Program-made: the position numbers and the translations under genes
Shown here: positions 9,793-19,052 of the stretch, in pieces
How positions within the stretch are numbered: the first letter of the stretch is position 1
How the letters are laid out: each line of letters starts with the position of its first letter
The notes under the pieces: model-generated
Databases searched by the model: none
What the model saw: the letters and a program-made list of their open reading frames with translations, nothing else
What the model was told of the DNA's origin: nothing
Source: Abditibacteriaceae bacterium
Lineage (GTDB): Bacteria; Armatimonadota; Abditibacteriia; Abditibacteriales; Abditibacteriaceae
DNA: 64,000 nucleotides
Direction of reading: 5' to 3'
NCBI GenBank assembly: GCA_965277285.1
Contig: OZ255721.1
Location: 1,888,001 to 1,952,000, forward strand

Positions 9793-10806
9793 ATGACATC
9801 AATCAAAAACTCTATCGACGCGAACGAAAACTTAGAATTGTCTGTCGTTTTGGCCTGTCCCGACCAATTTGCGACGATTCGTAAAACGGTCGGTTTTCTA
9901 TCGGCGCAAACGATAGCGGACAAGATCGAACTTGTTTTGGTTTCATCGCGCCAACGCCCTTTGCAATTTGACGCTGCAGAGGTCGCCGCTTTTGGTGGCG
10001 TGCGTTTGGTCGAACTCGATGACTCGTGGCTGATTGCTCGAGCGCGCGCTCTGGGCGTGCGAAGTTCGAGTACTCGATATGTGGCGTTCGCCGAAGATCA
10101 TTGTTTTCCTGAACCCGATTGGGCGCAAGCGATGTTGCAAGCGTTGCAAGAAGGTCACGTTGCCGTCGGGCCGCTTTTTCTCAATGCAAATCCGGCGACG
10201 GCGTTGAGTTGGGCCAATTTAATTTTAGGTTTTGGGCCGTGGCTGGGCGCGTTACCCGATGGGCCGGTCAACGCTTTGCCCTGGCACAACACGGCGTATC
10301 GGCGCGATGTGTTACTCGCGCCGGGTTCGCACCTGGAACATTTGCTCGAAGTCGAAGGCGTTCTGCAAGATGAGTTGCGCGCGTCTGGCCACACGCTTTA
10401 TCTGCAAACGGCGGCGCGCGTGCGTCATCTCAATATATCGCGCTGGAGTTCGTTCACAACCGAGAATTTCCACTCCGGGCGACTTTACGGCGCGACGCGC
10501 GCGCAAAATTGGACAACCGCACGGCGCGCGCTATACGTCGCGGGTTCGCCGCTGATTCCGGTTTTGCGCCTTCAAAAAGCCTTGTCTCACTTGAACGCTT
10601 GCCGTTCGTTGTCGCGCCGTCAAAAACGCGCTTTGTCGCGGCGCGCGTTGTTCGCTCTGCTGGCTGGCGCGATGCTGCACACGGCGGGCGAAGTTGTCGG
10701 TTACGGCTTTGGCAAGGGCGATGCGGCGCAACGAAAAAGCTGCATGGAATCGCATCGTTATCGCCATTTGTGCGGGCGCGAACGAGTACTCGAATCGCCA
10801 CAATAG
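9793..10806 (+). CDS. Glycosyltransferase family 2 protein
   Basis: 'LSVVLAC', 'YVAFAEDHCFPEPDW', 'WHNTAYRR', hydrophobic C-terminus. Confidence 0.8.
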   Translation: MTSIKNSIDANENLELSVVLACPDQFATIRKTVGFLSAQTIADKIELVLVSSRQRPLQFDAAEVAAFGGVRLVELDDSWLIARARALGVRSSSTRYVAFAEDHCFPEPDWAQAMLQALQEGHVAVGPLFLNANPATALSWANLILGFGPWLGALPDGPVNALPWHNTAYRRDVLLAPGSHLEHLLEVEGVLQDELRASGHTLYLQTAARVRHLNISRWSSFTTENFHSGRLYGATRAQNWTTARRALYVAGSPLIPVLRLQKALSHLNACRSLSRRQKRALSRRALFALLAGAMLHTAGEVVGYGFGKGDAAQRKSCMESHRYRHLCGRERVLESPQ

Positions 10807-10845
10807 TTTCAAAACGTGTTTTGGAAGATGAACAAAAAGGTGAGG

Positions 10846-10970
10846 ACACGGAACTTCGTTTCACAGATTGAACGGATGAACACGGATGTGAGAGGTTAGA
10901 AATCGAGTACTCGATCCTTTCTTTTTTGATCCGTGTTCATCCGTTCAATCTGTGAAACGAAGTTCCGTGT
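10846..10970. repeat. REP/MITE-like inverted repeat, family C (CACAGATTGAACGGATGAACACGGAT)
   Basis: 42-bp perfect inverted arms at 10846-10887 and 10929-10970; the 41-nt loop contains a TCGAGTACTCGA copy. Confidence 0.8.
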
Positions 10971-11024
10971 TCCCTATTGTCATACACACTGGAACACATT
11001 TTCAACAATTTTCGCCGTTCACTT

Positions 11025-12536
11025 ATGAGTTTTTCTTCGGCTCCTACCTCAACTGTTGCGGACAAAGTCGCGCCGCGTGAACGCGTGTTGCATGGCACGG
11101 TGCGCGTTTTTCTGGCCGAAGCGTTGATTGTTCCGACGGGATTATTGATGACGGCGTTTTTGACGCGACGCCTGGGGCCGGACGCTTACGGCATTTTTAT
11201 TTTAGCTGTCACGCTCGTGACATGGATCGAGTGGAGCATCGCGTCTTTGTTCGCGCGCTCCACCATCAAACTGGTCAGCGAAGCCGACGATTGGCGTGCT
11301 GCGGGCGCGACCGCCTTGCGCTTGAATGGTTTTTACGGCGTGCTGGCGTCTCTGGTTTTATGTGCGGCGGCGTTGCCCATTGCGGCGTGGCTGCATGAAC
11401 CGTCGCTGACTGGATATTTATGCTTGCTGGCGTGGGAAATTCCGCTGTTCACTTTGTCGCAGGCGCATCGCAACATTTTGGTTGGCCTGGGACGTTTCCG
11501 ACAGCGCGCTAACGTGACATCAGTGCGATGGCTCGCGCGCTTGCTGCTGATCGTTCTGCTGGTAGGCGCCGGTTTTTCGATTTATGGCGCGCTTTGGGGT
11601 AGCATCGCTTCGGCATTGGTCGAACTGGGAATGGCGCGCTGGTATGTGCGCCCGAATTGGCGACCTTCAGATTTTCCGGCGCGCCAATTCTACCTTTATG
11701 CTTTGCCACTTTTCGGCATGGCGATCAGCCTGCGCTTGTACGACAAAATCGATTTGTTCGCATTGAAGGCATTGGGCGGCAGCAATCAGAGCGCGGCTTG
11801 GTATGGCACAGCGCAAAATCTGTCGATGGCGCCGAACATTTTCGCCCTCGCATTTTCGCCATTGTTGCTGGCCGCGCAAAGCCGCACATTGCGCGAAAAC
11901 GATCTCGCAGGCGCGCGAACGGCGGGACGAACGGCCTTGCGCGCGGTGGTGGCGCTGCTTCCATCGTGCGGCCTGACGGCGGGCGCCGCAACCGAAATCG
12001 TCACGCTCGTTTTCGGACACAAGTTCGCTCCGACGGCGCCGCTTTTAGCGGTTCTGGTTTTCGGTTCGCTGGCGATTTGCCTGCTGTCCGTCGCCACGGC
12101 GATTTTGACGGCCTGGGACAAAGCGAACTGGACATTCGCCGTGGCTGGCCCTTTAGTTCCCGTTGGTTGCGTCGGCTACTGGTTCGTGATGCCGCACTGG
12201 AACGCGATTGGAATTTCGTGGATTACAACGATTGTCGCAACAGCGGGCGCGCTGGTTTCGTTGCTTTTGGTTTACATCCGATGTCGCGTCCTCGTTCCCG
12301 CCGCGACGACGCTGCGCAGCATCGCTTTATGTATCGCGGTTTATTTCGGAGCCGAAATATGGCATACAACGGGCGTCTGGCTTTTCTTCAAATTAATCGT
12401 TTTGTCGCTGCTGGTCGTGCTGGGATTCGCTTTAAGCGGCGAATGGAGCGTGTCCGAATTAAAATCTGCGCAGCGGAAAATTAATTTGTTTTTGGTTCAG
12501 AATCGCATTTTTAAGCGCACGCCAACGAACCTATGA
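11025..12536 (+). CDS. Oligosaccharide/polysaccharide flippase (Wzx/MOP family)
   Basis: About 14 hydrophobic segments; 'FLTRRLGPDAYG', 'KIDLFALKALGG...AWYG'; lies among GT genes. Confidence 0.85.
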   Translation: MSFSSAPTSTVADKVAPRERVLHGTVRVFLAEALIVPTGLLMTAFLTRRLGPDAYGIFILAVTLVTWIEWSIASLFARSTIKLVSEADDWRAAGATALRLNGFYGVLASLVLCAAALPIAAWLHEPSLTGYLCLLAWEIPLFTLSQAHRNILVGLGRFRQRANVTSVRWLARLLLIVLLVGAGFSIYGALWGSIASALVELGMARWYVRPNWRPSDFPARQFYLYALPLFGMAISLRLYDKIDLFALKALGGSNQSAAWYGTAQNLSMAPNIFALAFSPLLLAAQSRTLRENDLAGARTAGRTALRAVVALLPSCGLTAGAATEIVTLVFGHKFAPTAPLLAVLVFGSLAICLLSVATAILTAWDKANWTFAVAGPLVPVGCVGYWFVMPHWNAIGISWITTIVATAGALVSLLLVYIRCRVLVPAATTLRSIALCIAVYFGAEIWHTTGVWLFFKLIVLSLLVVLGFALSGEWSVSELKSAQRKINLFLVQNRIFKRTPTNL

Positions 12537-13429
12537 GCAAGCCCTATTTTTCGATTATTGTCCCCACTTTCAATCGGCCTCAAGCCTTGAATGCGTGCTT
12601 GAGCGCTCTCAACCGAATCGAGTACTCGAAAGACGATTTTGAAGTGATCGTCGTCGATGACGGCAGTCCGCGTTCGCTGGAAAGCGTGCTTCGCCATTGG
12701 CGAGATTCGTTGGACATTCAACTTTTGCGCCAGGAGAATGCGGGGCCAGCAGTCGCGCGCAACAACGGCGCAAAGCAAGCGCGCGGCCAATTCTTGGCCT
12801 TCACCGATGACGATTGCGCGCCCGCCCGCGATTGGCTGCGTTGTCTCTCGGCGCAACTGCAGCAAACGCCGGACGCGCTGGTCGGAGGGCGCACCATCAA
12901 CGCTCTGCCCGACAACATTTATTCGAGCGCCAGCCAATTATTGATTGATTACATTTACAGTTTTTACAACGCCAATCACGAGAACGCGACGTTTTTTGCC
13001 TCCAACAATTTCGCAGTCAAAACGCAAATCTTTCGGGATTTTGGCGGCTTCGACACGGTTTACACGCGCGCCGCCGCTGAAGACCGCGAGTTTTGCGACC
13101 GTTGGACGCGCGAAGGTCGCCGCGCCGTTTACGCGCCCGAAATTGTGATTTATCACGCGCACGTTTTGACACTGCGCTCGTTGTGGCGCCAGCATTTTGC
13201 TTACGGGCACGGCGCCTGGCAGTTTCATCAGTCGCGCAACGCCATTGCGAAAAGTTTCAAACCCGATCCAAAGTTTTACCGCGATTTGTTGCTTTTCCCA
13301 CTTCGCCAAAAAGTGTCGCGCCCGCAGCAAGCGCGCCTGTGCGCCCTGATGATTTGGATGCAAATAGCGAACTTGGCGGGTTTCCTGGCCGCTCAACGAC
13401 ACAGCAGAAAACGGTCAGGCAAACCATGA
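12533..13429 (+). CDS. Glycosyltransferase family 2 protein
   Basis: 'FSIIVPTFNRP', 'VIVVDDGS', 'NAGPAVARNNG', 'AFTDDDC', 'AAEDREF'; ATGA overlaps on both sides. Confidence 0.92.
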   Translation: MSKPYFSIIVPTFNRPQALNACLSALNRIEYSKDDFEVIVVDDGSPRSLESVLRHWRDSLDIQLLRQENAGPAVARNNGAKQARGQFLAFTDDDCAPARDWLRCLSAQLQQTPDALVGGRTINALPDNIYSSASQLLIDYIYSFYNANHENATFFASNNFAVKTQIFRDFGGFDTVYTRAAAEDREFCDRWTREGRRAVYAPEIVIYHAHVLTLRSLWRQHFAYGHGAWQFHQSRNAIAKSFKPDPKFYRDLLLFPLRQKVSRPQQARLCALMIWMQIANLAGFLAAQRHSRKRSGKP

Positions 13430-16179
13430 AAATTTCCGTGATTGTTCCAGTTCATAACGGCGCGCACGACTTGCGTTTGTGCCTGGAAGCGCTGCACAAT
13501 TCCACGCGGCAAGCCGACGAAATCGTGATCGTTGATGACGCTTCAACTGATGAATCAACGCGCGTCGCCTACGAATATGCCGATCGAAACAGCGCGATTC
13601 GAGTACTCGAATTGGGCGGACAAGCGTTTCAACAAGCGCGCGGCCCGGCGTTCGCACGAAATCGCGGCGCGCAAAAAGCCAGCGGCGAGGTTCTGGTTTT
13701 CTTCGATGCCGATGTTTTCGTGCATGAAGACACGATTAGAAAAATCGAAAAACATTTCGCACAAAACCCCGAAGTCGCGGCCTTGTTTGGTTCCTATGAC
13801 GACGAGCCGACGGCGCGCGGCTTGATTACGCGCTATAAAAACCTGCTGCATCATTTCGTGCATCAGCGCAGCCGCCGCGAAGCCGAAACTTTCTGGACAG
13901 GTTGCGGCGCCATTCGCCGCGATATTTTCCTCTATATGAACGGTTTCGACGAAAATTTCGCGCGCCCTTCCATTGAGGACATCGAACTGGGACGACGTTT
14001 GCGACGCGCCAATTACGTGATTCATTCGTGCCCCGATATTCAGGTGACGCACGGCAAAAACTGGACTTTGGGTTCGTGGCTGCGCACCGATATTTTCGCG
14101 CGCGCCGTGCCGTGGACGCGTTTAATGATGAACGAAGGCGGCAAAGTTCCCAACGATCTCAACCTCGATTGGAAAAGCCGCGCCAGTGCCGTTTGCGCTT
14201 GGCTCGCCGTGTTGTGTTGCGTCGCTTTGTTTTTCGTCGCGTCATCATCACATCGAGTACTCGAAGTGACCGCTGTGGGCGCGCTTGGCATTGTCTTGTT
14301 CTGCAACGCTGCTTTGTCGCAGTTTTTCTGGCGGCGCGGCGGAATTGGTTTCGCGTTGGGCGCGAGCGCGCTTCATTTCTGCTATTTTCTTTATTCGAGC
14401 GCGACATGGGGAATCGTCGTTTTTTCGCCAAAATTGCGGCGTCATGGGCTGATGTTGTTGCTGTTGGCGACGCTTTTCAAAGGTCTCGCGTGGAGCGTGA
14501 TCGTTCCGCCGTGGCAGGCTTCGGATGAACCGCAGCAATTTCTTTACGGTCAGCGCATAGCGCAGGAACATCACGCCTTCCCGCGCCCCATCAAAGCCGC
14601 GCCGCTCGAATCGTGGCTGCTGGCCGATGCGGTTCAACTGGACAAAATTCGCTTTCAACAACAAACGCCGATTGATTTGAGCGACCGCACGCATCTCGCG
14701 CGCCTGCTGGCACAAACTGATGCGGCGCATAGCAGCCCGCTTCTCGTTCCCGATGAACACAAACGCTTGATTACGAGCCTGCCTTTCATGCAATATCATC
14801 CGCCACTTTATGCGACACTGTTGGCCGGGGTGCAAAGTCCTTTGTCGCACGATTCGATTCGCTGGCGATTGTTGGCGAGTCGCTGGGTTTCCTTGTTTTT
14901 AGGTTTGCTGGTTGTCGGTTTCGCTTTTGGCGTCGGGCGCGAAATCTGGCCGCGCCACGAACAACGCGCTTTGATTTTGGCGACGCTGGTTTCATTTCAG
15001 CCGATTTTGACCTTCACGTTGGCGACAATTTCCAACGAAGCTTTAGAAATCGCGCTTTATTCGGCGCTGTTGTGGATGGGTTTGCGCGTTTGGCGCCGTG
15101 GTTTGAGTTGGCGTCGCGCACTTTTTCTGGGCATTGTCACAGGTTGCGGTTTGCTCACAAAAATCAGCTTCGCGTCGGCGCTGCCTTTATTGATGGTTCT
15201 GCTAATTCAAGATTGGCGCCTTGGCGCGCGCCGCAATGTTCTTTCGAGTACTCAAATGATGACGCAAAGCGCCAGAAAGTTTTTGCTGGAGCGCTGGGCG
15301 CTAATTTTCCTGGTGGCGCTTGGCGTCAGCGCCTGGTGGTATCGTCACACTTTTGGCGGCGGCTCCGATTTAATTGTCACGTCCTTTCGCCATCCTGAAA
15401 ACAAACTGCCGACGCATTTCGACTTTGTGAGCGGTTATTTGAACCGAAATACAGCGAACATTTACGGGCGAACTCTGATTTCCTACTGGTGCAATTTCGG
15501 CTGGCCGGATGCGCGCGCGCCCATTTATATCTGGATGCCGCTCGCAATTTTCACGTTTTATGCCATCGCGCGCGTTTCTTTCTGGCTGCGCGAAATACGG
15601 TGCGCAGAGCAGCCGAAGTTTGCTCCCACTACTAAAACCGAAAGCGAGGAAAGTGAAGAAACACCGGTTTTCCCAATCTTCTGGCTCGCTTGCGCTTCTG
15701 TCGCTTTGATCGTGTTTTATTTCGTGATCGATTTACGAACGCGTATGCAACTCGGTGGGCCGTTCGGACAGCGCGGACAATATTATTTACCGGCGGTCGT
15801 CGGGCAAATGACGTGGCTCATGCTCTGCCTGAAACAGTGGCCGCACGACTTCACCAAAAGGACGAATTTGCGGACATCTGCGCGGGACTTTGCTGCGGTG
15901 CCTGCGGCGCGCACTTCCTGGTCTTGGCGCTTGTGGTTGTTGGCTGTCGGCATGATCGCCTTAAATTGGGAATGCTTGTTCGGGGTCGTCGCGCCGCGCT
16001 ATTATGGACGCGGCAGCCTGCCGGTTTTGCTGGAACGTGCGACCGTGATTCAACCCGTTTCGCTGATCACACTTGAAATTATCTCGCTGGCGGCGTTGGC
16101 TTTCAGCCTTGCTTTGGCGCTGGCTCTCAGTTCAGCGGGCGATGCGCCTTCCAAGAAAAGATGGAATGGAATTGTGTAG
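13426..16179 (+). CDS. GT2 domain fused to a multi-TM GT-C-like (PMT/DUF2142-like) domain
   Basis: Start MKISVIVPVHN at 13426 (ATGA overlap). GT2 motifs 'VDDASTD', 'FFDAD', 'IEDIELG', followed by 'VPPWQASDEPQQF', 'YHPPLY', 'GLLTK' and many TM helices. Confidence 0.8.
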   Translation: MKISVIVPVHNGAHDLRLCLEALHNSTRQADEIVIVDDASTDESTRVAYEYADRNSAIRVLELGGQAFQQARGPAFARNRGAQKASGEVLVFFDADVFVHEDTIRKIEKHFAQNPEVAALFGSYDDEPTARGLITRYKNLLHHFVHQRSRREAETFWTGCGAIRRDIFLYMNGFDENFARPSIEDIELGRRLRRANYVIHSCPDIQVTHGKNWTLGSWLRTDIFARAVPWTRLMMNEGGKVPNDLNLDWKSRASAVCAWLAVLCCVALFFVASSSHRVLEVTAVGALGIVLFCNAALSQFFWRRGGIGFALGASALHFCYFLYSSATWGIVVFSPKLRRHGLMLLLLATLFKGLAWSVIVPPWQASDEPQQFLYGQRIAQEHHAFPRPIKAAPLESWLLADAVQLDKIRFQQQTPIDLSDRTHLARLLAQTDAAHSSPLLVPDEHKRLITSLPFMQYHPPLYATLLAGVQSPLSHDSIRWRLLASRWVSLFLGLLVVGFAFGVGREIWPRHEQRALILATLVSFQPILTFTLATISNEALEIALYSALLWMGLRVWRRGLSWRRALFLGIVTGCGLLTKISFASALPLLMVLLIQDWRLGARRNVLSSTQMMTQSARKFLLERWALIFLVALGVSAWWYRHTFGGGSDLIVTSFRHPENKLPTHFDFVSGYLNRNTANIYGRTLISYWCNFGWPDARAPIYIWMPLAIFTFYAIARVSFWLREIRCAEQPKFAPTTKTESEESEETPVFPIFWLACASVALIVFYFVIDLRTRMQLGGPFGQRGQYYLPAVVGQMTWLMLCLKQWPHDFTKRTNLRTSARDFAAVPAARTSWSWRLWLLAVGMIALNWECLFGVVAPRYYGRGSLPVLLERATVIQPVSLITLEIISLAALAFSLALALALSSAGDAPSKKRWNGIV

Positions 16180-16359
16180 ATTTGACAAGTTACTGTTCAA
16201 GTCCCAGTTGTGTAATCGTCGCTTCACACAAATATGTTAAATCATTAGTGAAACGTGTTCGGTTTTGAGTACTCGAAACTGAGCAAAATTTCTTCTTAGG
16301 CACGTTCTTAAACGATTCTATAAAAGCTCATTTCAGCTTTCCTGACGATCTGTAAATTT

Positions 16360-17985
16360 ATGCACGACCAATTCAAACAAAGTCAAAACGAAAACGAACC
16401 AGAGAAAACCGTTGTCATCATTGGCGGCGGGCCAGCCGGATTAACAGCGGCTTACGAACTTGGCAAAGTCGGAGTTACGGCGATTGTGCTGGAAAAAAGT
16501 GGCGATGTCGGTGGCATTTCACGTACCGTTCGCTACAAAGATTTTCGTTTCGACATCGGCGGCCATCGTTTCTACACCAAAGTGCGCGCCGTCGAGGAAT
16601 TCTGGCACGAGATTCTGTCGCCTCCCGAGTTTCCTTTGCGCAAACGCTTGTCGCGCATTTTTTACAAGCGCAAATTTTTTCGCTACCCGATCCAGGCAAC
16701 GGACGCTTTGCGCAAGCTCGGACTCGTCAATAGCGCGCTAATTTTATTGAGTTATTTTCAGGCGAAAATTTTCCCTTACAAAAACGTGCAAAACTTCGAG
16801 CAGAACATTTGTAATCGTTTCGGAAGACGGCTTTACAACACTTTTTTCAAAAGTTACACCGAAAAAGTGTGGGGCATTCCGTGCGACCAGATTTCGTCGG
16901 AATGGGCGAATCAGCGGATTCACGGATTGGGCTTGGGTTCGGCCTTGAAAAAGGCGTTGCTGCAACACTTGAAAAAAGCGCCTCAGCAGAAATCGGCCGT
17001 CATCAAAACCTTGATTGACGAGTTTCACTATCCGCTCCTGGGGCCGGGGCAAATGTGGGAAACCGTCGCGCAACGCGTCGCACAAAACGGCGGCGAGCTG
17101 CGTTTCCATTCTGCCGTTGAGCGCATTTTATGGAACGAAAATGGTGTTCAAAGCCTGGAAGTAAGCAATGGTAAATCGAAGGTCGGTGAATCGAAGGTCG
17201 GTGAATTAAGTAAGGCCGAATCGAGTACTCGAATGGTCGCTGGCTCGCATTTTCTGAGTTCGATGCCGATTGCGGAACTTGTCCAGAAACTCGATCCACC
17301 CGCGCCACAAAATGTGCAAGAGGCTGCGGGCAACCTGCATTACCGCGATTTTCTGACGGTCGCGCTCATCGTCAAGCGCCGCGAAGTTTTCCCCGATAAC
17401 TGGATTTACATTCACGAGCCGGAAGTAACGCTGGGTCGCATTCAGAACTTCAAAAACTGGAGCGCTGATATGGTTCCCGACGAAAATAAAACGTGTCTGG
17501 GATTGGAATATTTTTGTTTTGAAGGCGACGGTTTATGGTCAAAAAGCGATGAGGAACTGATCGAACTGGGCACGCGCGAATTGGAGATTTTAGGCTTGGT
17601 GAAAGCGACAGACGTTGAAGACGGTGCGGTGGTGCGGCAGCCCAAAGCGTATCCGGTTTACGATGAAGGCTATGAAAACGCCTTGGACACGGTGCGCCAT
17701 TTTGTGGAAAGTCTGGGTAATTTGCAACTGGTCGGGCGCAACGGAATGCACCGCTACAATAATCAGGATCATTCGATGTTGACGGCGATGTTGGCTGCCA
17801 AAAATATCCTGGGCGCTAATTACGACCTGTGGAGCGTCAACGCCGAGCAGGAATATCACGAAGAAATCAAAATTGCGGACGAAGAAAACCCGCGCGAATT
17901 TTCATCCGCCGATATATCGCGCTTGAACGCGACGCAACCGCACGTCCCGCAGTCGGTGCAGATCGCCAAAGAAACGGCACGTTAA
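16360..17985 (+). CDS. NAD(P)/FAD-dependent oxidoreductase (protoporphyrinogen oxidase / UDP-galactopyranose mutase-like)
   Basis: 'VIIGGGPAGLTAA', 'FDIGGHRFYTK', 'FPDNWIYIH', 'GRNGMHRYNNQDHSM'. Confidence 0.85.
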   Translation: MHDQFKQSQNENEPEKTVVIIGGGPAGLTAAYELGKVGVTAIVLEKSGDVGGISRTVRYKDFRFDIGGHRFYTKVRAVEEFWHEILSPPEFPLRKRLSRIFYKRKFFRYPIQATDALRKLGLVNSALILLSYFQAKIFPYKNVQNFEQNICNRFGRRLYNTFFKSYTEKVWGIPCDQISSEWANQRIHGLGLGSALKKALLQHLKKAPQQKSAVIKTLIDEFHYPLLGPGQMWETVAQRVAQNGGELRFHSAVERILWNENGVQSLEVSNGKSKVGESKVGELSKAESSTRMVAGSHFLSSMPIAELVQKLDPPAPQNVQEAAGNLHYRDFLTVALIVKRREVFPDNWIYIHEPEVTLGRIQNFKNWSADMVPDENKTCLGLEYFCFEGDGLWSKSDEELIELGTRELEILGLVKATDVEDGAVVRQPKAYPVYDEGYENALDTVRHFVESLGNLQLVGRNGMHRYNNQDHSMLTAMLAAKNILGANYDLWSVNAEQEYHEEIKIADEENPREFSSADISRLNATQPHVPQSVQIAKETAR

Positions 17986-18027
17986 ATCGCACGATTCGAG
18001 TACTCGATTGCCGTTGCAAACACCAGT

Positions 18028-18230
18028 TCAACTGCGGGCAAAGCGACGACGCTCGAATTTGATGTCCCACAAATATTCGCGCGAACGGCCTTCGCCCAGC
18101 GCATATCCGACCATTTCATCAATCGCATCAATGACAAGATCAATCGCCAGTAGCGGCAGCACGCCGCGCGGTCGTTTTGGCGTTCGATGAGTTTTCGGTC
18201 GCGCTTGATTTCGAGGAGCGCTTCCAATTT
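18028..18230 (-). pseudogene. C-terminal remnant of a GT2-like gene
   Basis: Minus-strand frame reads 'PRGVLPLLAIDLVIDAIDEMVGYALGEGRSREYLWDIKFERRRFARS*', resembling the C-terminus of the GT2 at 9793 ('GEVVGYGFGKG...MESHRYR'). No upstream in-frame start. Confidence 0.5.
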
Positions 18231-18258
18231 GTCACCATCAGAAAGTAGCAGATGGCGC

Positions 18259-18349
18259 TTATAACAACCAAGCTCACCCGCGGGCGGAAGCGAAGCGAGG
18301 AGAAACACGAGCGAAGCTGTGAGCGGTCGGGCGCAGCGTCTTGTTCTGT
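18259..18349 (-). other. Integron attC recombination site
   Basis: Minus strand: ACAGAAC-AAGACGCTGCGCCCGACCGC...GCGGGTGAGCTTGGTT-GTTATAA. Inverse core ...AAC, L-box pair GCT(G)CGC/GTGAGC with an extrahelical G, and core GTT; starts 16 bp after the stop of the 18366 gene. Confidence 0.75.
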
Positions 18350-18365
18350 CGCTGTTGATACACTA

Positions 18366-18824
18366 TTAATTGCTTTCCTTTGTATAAATCGCATCTATCA
18401 TCTGTCCCAAGTTGCCTTTGAACCATACGTTGATTTCCTCCTTTTTTAATTTGATGTCGTATTCGTCTTCTATAGCGAATATAGCAAACTCGACATCTAA
18501 AGCATCCTGATGCACCCAAAACACGACGACCATTGGATCATCTGGAATGAAGTGGTCATTAGGCCAACCCATATGCACTCCGGCTTTGGCACAGATAAAT
18601 TGTGCCAGTGCAACTTTCTTCTCATCCGTTCCCCATAAACTTGGTGGCGGCTTTGGCCGTGCTTTAAGTTGTTGTTCAACTTTTTCAACAATTGGCTCAA
18701 CTCGTTTGTCCCACAAATGACCCGAAATGCCCCAGCCAAGAAACGGTATCTTACTCCAAAACTTTTCGGCTTCAGTTTTGTTTTCGTCAATTTTGAATAG
18801 TTCGGGACATTGTAGAGGTTGCAT
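18366..18824 (-). CDS. Hypothetical gene-cassette protein with ACP-like C-terminal motif
   Basis: AT-rich ORF, probable start MQPLQC at 18824. 'DALDVEFAIFAIEDEYDIKL' resembles ACP helix II but lacks the Ser. Followed by attC. Confidence 0.6.
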   Translation of the reverse strand: MQPLQCPELFKIDENKTEAEKFWSKIPFLGWGISGHLWDKRVEPIVEKVEQQLKARPKPPPSLWGTDEKKVALAQFICAKAGVHMGWPNDHFIPDDPMVVVFWVHQDALDVEFAIFAIEDEYDIKLKKEEINVWFKGNLGQMIDAIYTKESN

Positions 18825-19052
18825 CACATAAAGTATGACACTTTCCGAAACGCTGCACGCCGCGACAGAACAACTGTTATGTCCCGGCAAGTGTGACGCG
18901 TCATGGCTCAAAGAGTGCGCAGTTGGAGGAATTGAGGTCATAGGAAGAAAATTACGCTTCCATTGTAGGCGCGATGCGGCAAAACGTCAAACTGTACCCA
19001 CATTTTATGTTAAGATGCTCGGCGAAAAAGACATAAGGAGTACTCGAAAATA

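Noticed and set aside
13093..13425. N-terminal extension of the 1028-aa ORF
   Set aside because: Overlaps the upstream GT2; the real start is the ATGA-coupled ATG at 13426.
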